DNA from: Phoronis australis
Taxonomy: Eukaryota; Animalia; Phoronida
Direction of reading: 5' to 3'
Assembly (NCBI GenBank): GCA_002633005.1
Contig: NMRA01000113.1
Span: forward strand, 464,441 to 528,440
DNA length: 64,000 bases
Part shown: positions 48,801 through 60,500 of the stretch, piece by piece
Numbering within the stretch: position 1 is the stretch's first letter
How the letters are laid out: each line of letters starts with the position of its first letter
Notes under the pieces: model-generated
Databases searched by the model: none
Told to the model about the DNA's origin: nothing
What the model saw: the letters and a program-made list of their open reading frames with translations, nothing else
Made by a program: the position numbers and the translations under genes

Positions 48801-51800
48801 TCTTAGTGTAAAGAGGACGGTTGACGATAACGAATTCGACTGCTGTGGCCCACCATTTGCGGTGCATTCGTGTGCGCATTTCAACGCTCCACGTTGCCTT
48901 TGTTTACTTTATACAAATTAAGGTAAAAGACAGTAGAGTTTTTACGGAACACTTTAAAAGACCATATTTTTGCTCGTTTGGTTGATGCCAGTTCATGATC
49001 TCACCAGGGTGGTTGCTTTTTTGCCGAGTTACGATTTATTTTAGTCTGGCTATTAGAAGATGTATAAGTTTTCATGGTTGATATGGTAGACTGCCAAGGC
49101 AAATCTGTAAGGGAGCTGACCGCATTATCAGACTCATCAAATTCACCCACAACAAAATCCTCTACTAAATCAAATAGTTGTGTGGATAATAGTAATGCGA
49201 TGATCTACAAGACTACGTCTGCCTCCCTACGGACAGGTAAACTCACCCCTAGTATCACCGGGAAACGACTGTTGACAATATGAATTCAAAGTTCGTGACA
49301 CAACTCAATAGGTCAATTTCAAAGGCCTAATGTGTGAACAACACACATCCACAAAATTCTGAGCCACTGTGGCGACTATTTACCCCCTCCACGCCAAAGA
49401 TGGTTTGCAAGACTCTCAATTTAAATGACTAGGGTGTTAATCCAAATGTGGTATAACTATATAACTTATTCTAATCAAGTTTTTTGCGATTTTAATGTTT
49501 AGATTGTATGTAGGAAGTGTCCGGTTAAGCTCTGGCAAAAAAGGTTCTTTTAAGAACCTTAAAATGTATTAATCCATGGAGTTCATGGCAGCGAGTCCTA
49601 ATGCATAGCATATGTCGTTGCACTCAATACTTCAGATGTTTGTGTTGATTTNCCAGGACCATAAAACAATTGTTAATCTGTGTTCAGTTACACAGTCCAA
49701 GTGGGACAGTTGTATGACTAAGAGCAGGGCTTGAAAAAATAAATAACAGTCTTTTTGAAACATATACATATATGGCCATAGGCCCAAAGTATAACATATA
49801 CAGGACAGAACATTGTCAAGTGCGTTACAAACTGGATAATAAATTGTGACGTTTGAGAGCATGGTGGACGAATTTTAGAAGTAGGATATCCGGAGTTCCC
49901 ATGAGAGATTCAAATTTAGGTGTTGTGGGAGAATGACAGGAATGACCTCAGTGTGGAGAGGACAGATGACGATTACGAATTCGACTACTGTGGTGACTCG
50001 TAGTGGTAGTTATGTTTTTTTTTGGGCCCATGGCTGTATCTCCTAAACCATTTGCAGGATCTTTTCTAAATTTAGCAAGTGTATTTACATGATGTTGGCA
50101 ACAGATGACAACAACTTTCGGACAGATCTGACTACCAGTGTGCCCCCTCTCAGTGTAAAGAGGACGGTTGACGATAACAAATTCGACTGCTGTGGCCCAC
50201 CATTTGCGGTGCATTCGTGTGCACATTTCAACGCTCCACGTTGCCTTTGTTTACTTTATACACATTAAGGTAAAAGACAGTAGGGTTTTTACGGAACACT
50301 TTAAAAGACCATATTTTTGCTCGTTTGGTTGATGCCAGTTCATCATCTCACCAGGGTGGCTGCTTTTTTGCAGAGTTCTGATTTATTTTAGTCTGGCTAT
50401 TAGAAGATGTATAAGTTTTCATGGTTGATATGGTAGACTGCCAAGGCAAATCTGTAAGGGAGCTGACCGCATTATCAGACTCATCAAATTCACCCACAAC
50501 AAAATCCTCTACTAAATCAAATAGTTGTGTGGATAATAGTAATGCGATGATCTACAAGACTACGTCTGCCTCCCGACGGACAGGTAAACTCACCCCTAGT
50601 ATCACCGGGAAACGACTGTTGACAATATGAATTCAAAGTTCGTGACACAACTCAATAGGTCAATTTCAAAGGCCTATTGTGTGAACAACACACATCCACA
50701 AAATTCTGAGCCACTGTGGCGACTATTTACCCCCTCCACGCCAAAGATGGTTTGCAAGACTCTCAATTTAAATGACTAGGGTGTTAATCCAAATGTGGTA
50801 TAACTATATAACTTATTCTAATCAATTTTTTTGCGATTTTAATGTTTAGATTGTACGTAGGAAGTGTCCGGTTAAGCTCTGGCAAAAAAGGTTCTTTTAA
50901 GAACCTTAAAATGTATTAATCCATGGAGTTCATGGCAGCGAGTCCTAATGCATAGCATATGTCGTTGCACTCAATACTTCAGATGTTTGTGTTGATTTTT
51001 TGACTTTTCATATTTAAAAAAATATTGAACAACACTGACATGGTTATAGAACTATCTCAGTGAGCAATATGGGCAAAAGAAATCATAAAATGTGCATAAT
51101 CACATCAGAAACAAGTGTAGTCCGGTATTAAATCAGCCAATGTTCACATTTAGCTATGGAAGGACATGTCTTTAGGTAAGTGGGCATGTAGGCCTATACA
51201 TTCATAGACCTTTTGTGATCTATGCTTCACATTCCAGCTTGTGGAGAAAGCCATGGTTATGTAGTGTGAGCATTTGACCATGCACATGTTAAACATGGTG
51301 CATATTTAAAGCTTTTGTACAATTTATGTGTTTTTAAGGTACACACTATATGAGAAGCTTCAACAACTCGCAGCATCCTTGGAATAGCAAAAGAAAACGT
51401 AAGAGGTTCAAGCTGTTACCTCTCAACCCAACCGAGGAGGGCTTGGCATCGTTGCACACGATTCTCTTCCGCAAGAGTCCATCTTTATGGAGAGCTGCAT
51501 TGCTTTATTATACAGCGTACATGGCATCAAAAATGTCATTTTGTAGACTCTTCCATAATCTGGAGCGATTTGTGTTGGACCCAGAGGTTCGATTTGATTT
51601 CTGTCTGCGATCAAAACGAGGATTAACAGATACATCCAAACCTGGTACGGGCATCGAGTACAGTAAAACTTCTTCAATTTGGGATAAAAATAATGGCTAA
51701 ATGGCCATATTTCTATTTTTCAAAGGCTTAACACATTGCTGCAAATGCTCAACACTTTACCAAATGCTGTTTAGTAACAGCTACACCTTACAAACCATGG

Positions 51801-52870
51801 TAAAAGCAAAGTAAATTTTCTTGAAAAGTTAATTTTATTCAGAAGTTTGTCAGAATGAAATTTCACCCGTCTTCCATATTGTGTCCAAAGCTGAAGACTT
51901 TTTACCATAAATAAATGTTATCCTTCATGTAGAAAGTGGTTACCCTGTGTCTGTTCCTATAAGTATAACGGATAATGTCGACAAATTATGAGTTTGATTT
52001 TGAGTACAACGATTAGACCCAGAGATTAGGTGTTAGTGAAATTTTGCCATAACCTAAATGGAATCTGTGCTCATAAGTGAATGTTTCAGTTACCCAATAG
52101 AACATCAGCTGATGTTACAGCGCCAATTTTAAGAAGGGGTCATCAAATCAGCCAGATCATGATGCTAATATTCTGATCCCACATAAGTTCATTTTTATAA
52201 AACTTCCATTTTCTAACCTAAGAAGAAAATTCAAGGTCTTTGATGCTTAATATTCCACAAACAATCTGGTTACATGTCAATATTTCAAAATATTGACTAG
52301 GGTGTATTGACTGCTGATCAGCTTAAAACACTAAATGTATTACCTAGGTGAGCATTATGATTTGATCATTGAAGTGAAGCACTTGGTGCCTAATTTACAA
52401 ATGAAAACTTTGAATAACTTATGTTATGTATTCTTGATGTTGTGTTGGTGTCTGGTTATTATTACTGGGGGAATCAGTCAGTAATTGTTCCCAGTATATG
52501 GAGCCAGGCACTCTGCAACTTTGGGACAAAATTAAATTACAGTAAGTTTCCATAAGATTTGATTTAAATTATAAGTTACAGGAAACAGATGTGGTTTTCC
52601 ATTAAACTAGAAAAATTGTCTATTTCAGGGGCATTCTGTAAAGACCAGGTGTATCTGCAAGGTGTCTTGGAAATCTTAAAGAATCGCAGCCTAATTGACT
52701 TCCAACAATTGATGAAGCTAGGCAAAATATCATACAGAGACATCACTAAGTTGTCTGGACTTACAGTTACTACAGCAACTATCCTTCCAAGTTTCATGGA
52801 AGATATGCAAACATATCATAAGCGCCTAGAGTATATCATACGATTTAATGGATTAGCAAATTTTGTGTAG
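45880..52870 (+). CDS. MATCAP: Microtubule-associated tyrosine carboxypeptidase (MATCAP / KIAA0895-like) metallopeptidase, ~358 aa
   Basis: Exons 45880-45940, 46335-46525, 47300-47576, 51339-51644 and 52629-52870 sum to 1077 nt with consistent phases. Family motifs: YNPQFTY, REGWIDGLLRHEVG|THY (HExxxH split by an intron), NPTEEGLASLH, LWRAALLYY, RSKRGLTDTSKPG|AFCKDQVYLQG. The first coding exon is the least certain. Confidence 0.88.
48005..48130 (+). mobile_element. Decayed tRNA-derived SINE
   Basis: GAGGCAGTGTGGCCTAGTG (A box)...AAGGTCGTGGGTTTGAGTCC (B box), followed by a ...ACCCTTGATTCAGGTTTC body. Confidence 0.6.
48312..50997. repeat. ~1.34-kb direct duplication joined at a single N (49652); probable assembly artefact
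   Basis: 48312-49651 and 49653-50997 are near-identical with scattered SNPs and small indels; their spurious ORFs are duplicated in the ORF track. Confidence 0.9.
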
Positions 52871-53202
52871 CAGTTGAAGCCAAGCAGTGCTACCTTATTT
52901 GTGTAACTGTATAATACTCATTCAGGCTACCCTAACAACACGACTTGCACAGTTATCAACATAGTTCCCCATATACTAAGACGGCTCACAGGACTGTGAA
53001 CTCAGTTCACCTGACCCGCCAACACATGCCTGGAATGGTAAAACACAGCTCATTAATGACTCACATCCACTCAGGAAGATGGCTCATGAACCGCAAGCAT
53101 GGCACTGATACCTATAAACATGCCCCACTGACAGTGTTCGGTGATAGCTACTTCTTCCACATGAGGGCGTGAACAAATACTACGGACAATATTTAGAATT
53201 AA

Positions 53203-54257
53203 CTTAATTTTGATAAATATTTAGTTGCGACTAGACAACATAGAAACCAGTTTTAATTACATCTTTTCTACACTATTTGAATAGTACTTAAGAAATTTGA
53301 TAAGTTGTAAGAAAAATGTAATCTCAAACACGCAGTACTAAAGTATACATTTTATCCAGATGCCGCATTTGTGGTTTTGAACTGTTTGTTAGTATGTGCG
53401 AGTCTGCGAGCCATGGTTTTTAGGCGCATGAGGCATCTTTTGCTTACAGGCTCTGGGCAGTGTTCACAAGTGGGTGTTCACAAGTGCACAAGCCGTATTG
53501 TTCGGGTAGCAATCAAGCTGGTAGCATAAAAAAGGGGGATACTACAAGTGGTGAAATTGAATTTCAACCCATGTTCATCCTTAATATGGTCTGTGAGGTT
53601 GTGAAGTCTATACTAATGTTTTGCATTTATGTGAACCAAGTTCATCAAAATTCACAAGGAGTCCGTAGGGTCTTTAATGGGAGACTTTCAAGACGTGACA
53701 AGGTGGGGGGCACTGGATATAATTGGCNCTTAATTTTGATAAATATTTAGTTGCGACTAAAGACAACATAGAAACCAGTTTTAATTACATCTTTTCTACA
53801 CTATTTGAATAGTACTTAAGAAATTTGATAAGTTGTAAGAAAAATGTAATCTCAAAGACGCAGTACAAAAGCATACATTTTATCCAGATGCCGCATTTGT
53901 GGTTTTGAACTGTTTGTTAGTATGTGCGAGTCTGCGAGCCATGGTTTTTAGGCGCATGAGGCATCTTTTGCTTACAGGCTCTGGGCAGTGTTCACAAGTG
54001 GGTGTTCACAAGTGCATAAGCCGTATTGTTCGGGTAGCAATCAAGCTGGTAGCATAAAAAAGGGGGATACTACAAGTGGTGAAATTGAATTTCAAACCAT
54101 GTTCACCCTTAACATGGTCTGTGTGGTTGTGAAGTCTATACTAATGTTTTGCATTTATGTGAACCAAGTTCATCAAAATTCGCAAGGAGTTCGTAGGGTC
54201 TTTAATGGGAGACTTTCAAGACGTGACAAGGTGGGGGGCACTGGATATAATTGGCAT
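53203..54257. repeat. ~525-bp direct duplication joined at a single N (53729); probable assembly artefact
   Basis: TTAATTTTGATAAATATTTAG...GGATATAATTGGC is present twice, with a few SNPs. Confidence 0.9.
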
Positions 54258-55890
54258 CATGTGTAACCACCTACACTGTAGAAGACCTTTTCACAACCAG
54301 CTAAAATGAAAAATTAGTACCTTGTGGTATTATCAGGTAGATGCAAGTCACCAGTTCCATGTGATCAGCCCCACATTCGTCTCCTATTAGATGACCTACA
54401 GTGCTGGATTAAGGTTTCTTGAGGCCCCAAATTGCACATCTTTCTCCATTTCTCATTAGTTATAAGCCTTCCAAGTGTTTTCCAGGTGTCCGTAATCTTG
54501 CCGCGTTATTCTTCCATCTCGAAATGAACTTTTTAAAATCATTTTACATACATGTGATGATGGAAACATTTATTTTTATACTTAATATATACAGGAATTT
54601 TATTTTTTAGATTATTTATTATTGAATAAATGTCTTCATGGAATTGTGTGTAAATGTCTAAATGTACATAAATCAGTCCTCACACTAACCCTGATCAACA
54701 AGACACGTGCTAATTTAATTATTTAAAGTGTAACTCGCAGGCTAATTCATTTCTCTATGATGGCTTGGCCAAATTATTTAGAAACACAACATATAGTGAC
54801 GATGTGAATATGAAGTGGGTTTAAAATTTCAAAATGTTTCTAAGAACGAGTTTTGTGACGAAAATGATCTGCCGCAAATCACTGAACAATCGATGTCCAG
54901 TATTGTGACATGGCACTGGCGCATAACACTGGATGATGTGAGCCCGTGAGGTACGTCATTAGTGCAAAGGTCACCTACCGGGTATATGCAGAATTTTTTG
55001 ATTACACATTTATATTGTTGTCAAATACAGCTGCACTTTGTTTAATGTAGATTATGTTAAGAGCATTGCTGTTTAATTCCTGCTAAACATTGGCACACTT
55101 AAAAGCACGCAAATACAAAGTTAAAGATAATACACCACATTGAAATACAAACTCCAATAGGACCTAAGTGCAGCAGTGTTTGATCCACTTTACTTTAAGG
55201 GCAATTTGCTAAACATAATGTTTTGCTGCACTCTCAGGACCTAGAGATTTGAGATTGTTGCTCAATTGCAACAGAACAAAACACTTGACCTAAAGTTGTG
55301 CATGTGATCCACAACTGCCAAGCTGTTCAAACCGTTTTCAAAGCACGAACTATTTCATCACCCTCTACTCTGTTCAATTTGATATGGCTTAGTTCAGCTT
55401 AATAGCATCTCAACTGAAATTCCTTGTCGCAGTAACGGCTAAGCGCAAACAGTAAGCAAGAATTCAAGTGCGCATTCTCAAGGTTACAAGTGACAGGAGT
55501 TGCAGTGGCAATAGTCGGATATAACGTGCCCATATTTTGAGAACCAGTTTGATGCCTGTTATTCAGTGGAAAAAAATGGTTATCAAAACTCGGGCACGTA
55601 ATATCTGACCATTAAAGTTGCAGTTTATGTTGTGAAAAATTATCAAAGTTTTTGCATATTAGTATACTAATGGATGAACATTACCACGTGAAAACCACAA
55701 CCAGCCCATCCTAAGCCGAATTCTTTTACAGAATGGGGACTCAAGAGTTAAATGTTAAGGGAATTCCCAAGACGGACAAATACATAACATGCATCCACAT
55801 ACTATTTGTGGGTGCATAAGATTAAAACTTGTACAACAGCTATGGTCAAATTTTTCTATTTTGTCACATACTTTATACAGGCAATACGCA

Positions 55891-58733
55891 TTATTTGTTG
55901 TCTTCAGCTGCTTCCCGGGCTTTCTTCTTTCTATATCCATCCAGACGTTTGTGAGCACGAGCAACACGAATTGCTGTGAATGCACTGAACTTCCTCTCCT
56001 CGTCTGTGATAGCACGTGCCTTTTCTTTCTTTTGTACGTGAGTAATGGGCATAACATCACCAGACAGTTGTGTGGCCATCTTAAGTTCTTCAGGCTGCGG
56101 GGGAATACTAATATGTTAGCATAACTTTCACTCATCAAAAAATCACTTCAAGAATGAGTAGTTTCAATTGAAATTGAAGAGTACACTGAGGATTCCTTCA
56201 GATTGTCCATCTCTATGAGGGCAGAAAACAAAAACAAGGAAGTAACATGAATCTAGGACAAGACTGACCTTACACGAAGGAAATCTTTACACCACGATCT
56301 CAGGTCTTGAATACTTACACACCAACATTGTGATTGTGACCAAACAATAGTATCTTGTTCACTGACCAAACACAATGCCCGACTACTTGTTGAACACAAT
56401 ACATTACTGTGATCACCAAAGATTTAAAAAAACGTTCAAAATCTTTGGTTGACATCAAGTATTGAAAGAAGTGTGACAGTAAAATTATGGGCAACTAAAT
56501 TGCCCGTTGTTTGATTTCATGACCACCAAAAAGCACAAAACAGTCTACCGTAAACACAAAATATGTACTTACCGAGGCATCTCCCTTGGCTGGCTTACTG
56601 GCTTTCTTCGGGAAGAGGATCAGCTTGGACCTGTATTCCTTCAGTCTCTGCACATTCTGCTGTAAGGACTCCACCGACAAGTTGCGCCTTCGGAAGTCGA
56701 CAGAGATGCCAATAGTGCGTGCATACTTCTTGCCAATGCCAGCAGCCTAAAAAGAATTAACAGATATGCCAACTGAATCATGAATAGAACTATAAATTTG
56801 CCATTTCACAAGCGATAGACATGTCAGTGAACATTCAAATGAAAGTGCCCTCATGGAGCTATACTTGGTGAAATGAGACCGAAAATGAGTACGACGACAA
56901 AAGAAATATCAACACTGACGACAATGCTGCCACTACATTCAAGAACATTGACAAAGAGGACGCATCCAATACTGATGGTAGGGCAACCCTAACAACAATC
57001 ACGAAGCTGCAAATATTGACATAGTCGGCGACATATAGCATTGCCAAACCGACGATGCCAGCAACAGCAACACCATTACTGACAATCATATCACTGAAGG
57101 TAACTGAAAACATCATCACTGCAATTGTCGTCATCATCAAACATTAAAAACAATACTGATAAAGAAAAAAAGGGTTGTACGAGGAGTTCAACTGATAAGA
57201 AAGTGAGGAAAGATCAAGTCAATATAACAACTGTCATCATAAAATCTCAACTCAAGAACAGTTAGTCGTAGAGAGAAATGAATGTCACACTCCATGTCAA
57301 CTTAAGGATGCTGAAACTGTCTTTTCACCGAATTTCAGAAAAATCCTTCTAAGGCCCCAAAGCTAGAGCTCTGCAAAAACTGATTTCGAATAAATGCCAT
57401 CACAGAGCCATCTTGTTTCAGATTTCGTCAAGAAACAATGGGTTATGAGAAATTTCATGTCGATTAGAGAAGAAATGCAACCTGTAAAGTTTGTATGAGC
57501 AAAAAAAACAACAAAGTTCACAACACATGAACATGCTTGACAAAACTTGACTATATTAATTAAGTTGTTCAGTGCTGAAATGTTGACAACTGTTGAGGTG
57601 ACTGCAATAACTGAAAGACAATAATTGTGGCAAGTTTCATAAAGCCAACATAAATAACCTGAAAACTAGTGAAATACCAGTACTGTTAAAGATTAGCAAA
57701 CATAATATGTAGCAATACACTAAAACTTGATGCAAGTTAGATAGTGTTCTTGCATTACTCTTCTTTCTCTTTCCATCCTGGCGTAGGAAGTGAACTCTAC
57801 TCAGGAGCGATTCATAGAGAAAGGTTTATACCCTAAAGTGACATTTCAACCACAACCTATGGTATATAACAGCAGCACAATGTTGACACAAAGAACACTG
57901 CGTCTCATGATTTTACATCAGCTCAAGATAAACAAGCTGAGATGTTCTAAAGCACAACAACAAATCAATATTTTGCTACTAGCTTGGTTCAACTGCATCC
58001 AGTTTAAATAAATGCAACATGTTTCAACTCGTAAGACATTGAAGACATTGGTCATTTTTTCAGCATAACAGGGCACCTTGGATGTTTGACAGTAGTTTAT
58101 TGCACGGATTACTGGCGTTTACCTATACAACAAATCCTTCATGATATAGATATACACAGATTTTTGATCATGTTCATGAGTTTTGTAATTCTCATCAAGT
58201 TTGAATTTTCCGTTGTGGAGAACACTGTACTTTTGGCAACGGCAAACACTAATGGCCCATTACAATGACTAAGTAATGGAATTTGAGCCACGCATTTACT
58301 TACACAATTAAAATATAGAGAGATCATATAGTTGGCACCAAACACAAGAGATATGTTGCATAACCTTGCCAAACTCACAAGACACCCACCTAACTGAAAG
58401 CACCCCGTAATCTTTCTAAAGTGAACGATGATATTCCAGTAAAAATATTTTCATAACGTGCTAGTTTCTCAACACATTAAACTCTACCTTCAGCTCCTGT
58501 AGTGTAAAGCCACGGCCAAGTCTGACTTTAGTGTTGTACTTGAATGTTGGACATCGGACAATTGGCCGGATTGGCCCAGCTACAGGGCGAGGGGCGATAG
58601 TGCGAGCCTTCTTTTGACGTCTCTCGTAGCGACGTTTTTTGCGCATAGGCTGTTCAAACCAGGACTTCACATACCTCTGCCAGTCTTTATGGAAATGCCC
58701 ATTGGGCACCATATTGTTACGTTTTGGGGCCAT
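55891..58733 (-). CDS. RPL13: 60S ribosomal protein L13 (eL13), 207 aa
   Basis: Coding exons 58488-58733 ([35 protein letters not shown]...[10 protein letters not shown]), 56573-56746 ([46 protein letters not shown]...) and 55891-56094 ([16 protein letters not shown]...EAAEDNK*); total 624 nt, GT-AG introns. Confidence 0.97.
56880..57140. repeat. Decayed trinucleotide (GAC/AAC/ATC) low-complexity tract in RPL13 intron 2
   Basis: 3-nt periodicity ending in GTCGTCATCATCA. Confidence 0.6.
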
Positions 58734-59911
58734 CTTTAATTGCTGCAACAAAATCAAAACTATATTACGGTGTTTAACCAAAATGCACCAACATTGGCAA
58801 CATGAAATTCTGGAATCAAATTATATGTTTAGCTCAGTCCGGCAAGCCCATTAAAACTGGATGCGAAACATGGCCCATAGGTCTTCCAGACTGGTGCTTA
58901 AGCGTGAGTATGTGTGGGTTAATTCGCCCACACCCACCTTTTCTCTAAAATGATCCTTGCTTAACCATACAATGGAGACACCACCGGTTAAACACAGTTT
59001 AGTTTCCAAACATGCACTTTCTAGAAATCACCTGCAAGAATACAGCCATCATCAAATTTAACTAGCAGAAACTATTACTCGCAACTTGTCTGTGAACAAG
59101 CATTTACGGACATGCTCATAAGTTAGAACCTTTGAAACACAAATTGACTAAAATGTTGCAAATAACAATTTTACCTGTGATACTTGCAAGGTCTAAATGA
59201 ATCAAAATAGAGTAGTGGTTGCTAAAAATATCAACATGTTTCGGACAAATGTCTTCCCCAAGCCTCTGGAGTAAAGTGGCACTGGTCGGATACTGTGATC
59301 CTTGACTTAAAGAACCAGGCAATCACTGAATAACTGACCTGATGTATTCAGTGGATTGAAATTGGTTCTCAAAATTGGAGACCGCTATATTCAATCAGTG
59401 CTGAGTAAAATTAATGTTGTTGGGTGATTTAAGAAAAGACATCAATATTTAACCTACTGACATAGTTTTTACGTGTATGCCATTTGGAAACGGGTGTGAA
59501 TGTGAGTACCTGAATGGGAATGCGTAAGCATTCCATCAACTGAAGTCTAAACTCAAATATAGCACTGCTCTGATAAAGCAATCACAGTTAAGAGTACCAG
59601 TTTCAGCCGCTGAATAATGAGGCCGTTATTCAACGAGTGCTCTCTACATCAGGCCCGCTAAAGCCGACCAGTGCCATGAAATTATCCGATTTGAGAACCT
59701 GCTTTTGCTGATAATTTGCCCACGAAAATGTTCTGCAACCACTGCAACAAATGACCATTAACTGGCGACACTCACGACAAATGAAATGAAAATCTCATCT
59801 GATCAAAACTAAGGATATTCTTAACTTCACTAAAATCGTTTATCAAAATGTAAAAAAGAGTGATGATATGGATTTTTAGAGACCATTCAGACCAAGAATA
59901 TTCACACTAAC

Positions 59912-59965
59912 CAGACGGCAATATGGCCGACAGGAAAAAGGAAGAATTATGGGATATGTGACGTA
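59912..59965 (-). promoter_or_regulatory. RPL13: RPL13 non-coding first exon with TCT/5'TOP initiator
   Basis: Minus strand reads TTCTTCCTTTTTCCTGTCGGCCATATTGCCGTCTG|gttagt, a polypyrimidine start typical of ribosomal protein genes. It would splice to the ag at 58743-58744, 9 nt before the ATG. A TGACGT site lies just upstream at ~59959. Confidence 0.8.
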
Positions 59966-60167
59966 AAAACTAAGATGTCAGCCCCCAGTCTACATGTATG
60001 GTGACTTTCAACAGAACAAACATTTGATCGCATTTAAACAAAAATCCGGCTTATGCAGGAAAAACGTGGTTCAACAAATGGCAAGTACTTGTCATGTTTC
60101 GGATCACTGACCTTCGGAAACTATCCAACACTTCATTTCGTGTTGTAATAATTGTCGATGCCCGCCC

Positions 60168-60500
60168 AGACCGGCCTCCCGTTCAGTATTTACAGTAACG
60201 CTAGGACCTCGCTAAAAAGCAAGACTTCGCGAGATTACGTGATATATTGCTGTGCCTTTTATATGAGAGCACGTGACTTTGACTAGGATTTAGCTAGGTC
60301 GTAGCGTAGGTCCTAGCGTCTACTGAACGCACGCTGGGGTTGCGTTCAGTAACTCTAGAACCTACGGCACGCTAGTACCAAGCTAAAACCTAGCCAAAGT
60401 CACGTGTTCTCATTTGAACTACATGACAATATCTCACGTAATCTCACGAAGTCTTGCTTTTTAACGAGGTCTGAGTATTACTGAAGGGGAGGCCGGTCTA
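60168..60500. mobile_element. Compound palindromic MITE: two inverted ~165-bp units, PIF/Harbinger-like ends
   Basis: Outer IR AGACCGGCCTCCC/GGGAGGCCGGTCT; each half is itself bounded by GTTCAGTA...TACTGAA; the halves are reverse complements (AAAAAGCAAGACTTCG / CGAAGTCTTGCTTTTT). Confidence 0.8.

Noticed and set aside
53460-54266. Duplicated 92-96 aa ORFs, and likewise the ORF pairs at 48309-50630, as tandem gene families
   Set aside because: They have no recognisable motifs, mostly non-ATG starts, and lie within N-joined duplicated sequence.
56859-57140. Hydrophobic 93-aa ORF resembling a membrane protein nested in RPL13
   Set aside because: It is a by-product of a decayed trinucleotide tract.
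56095-58487. SNORD68-like C/D snoRNA in RPL13 introns 2-3
   Set aside because: I found no properly spaced C (RTGATGA) and D (CTGA) pair with a terminal stem by eye.
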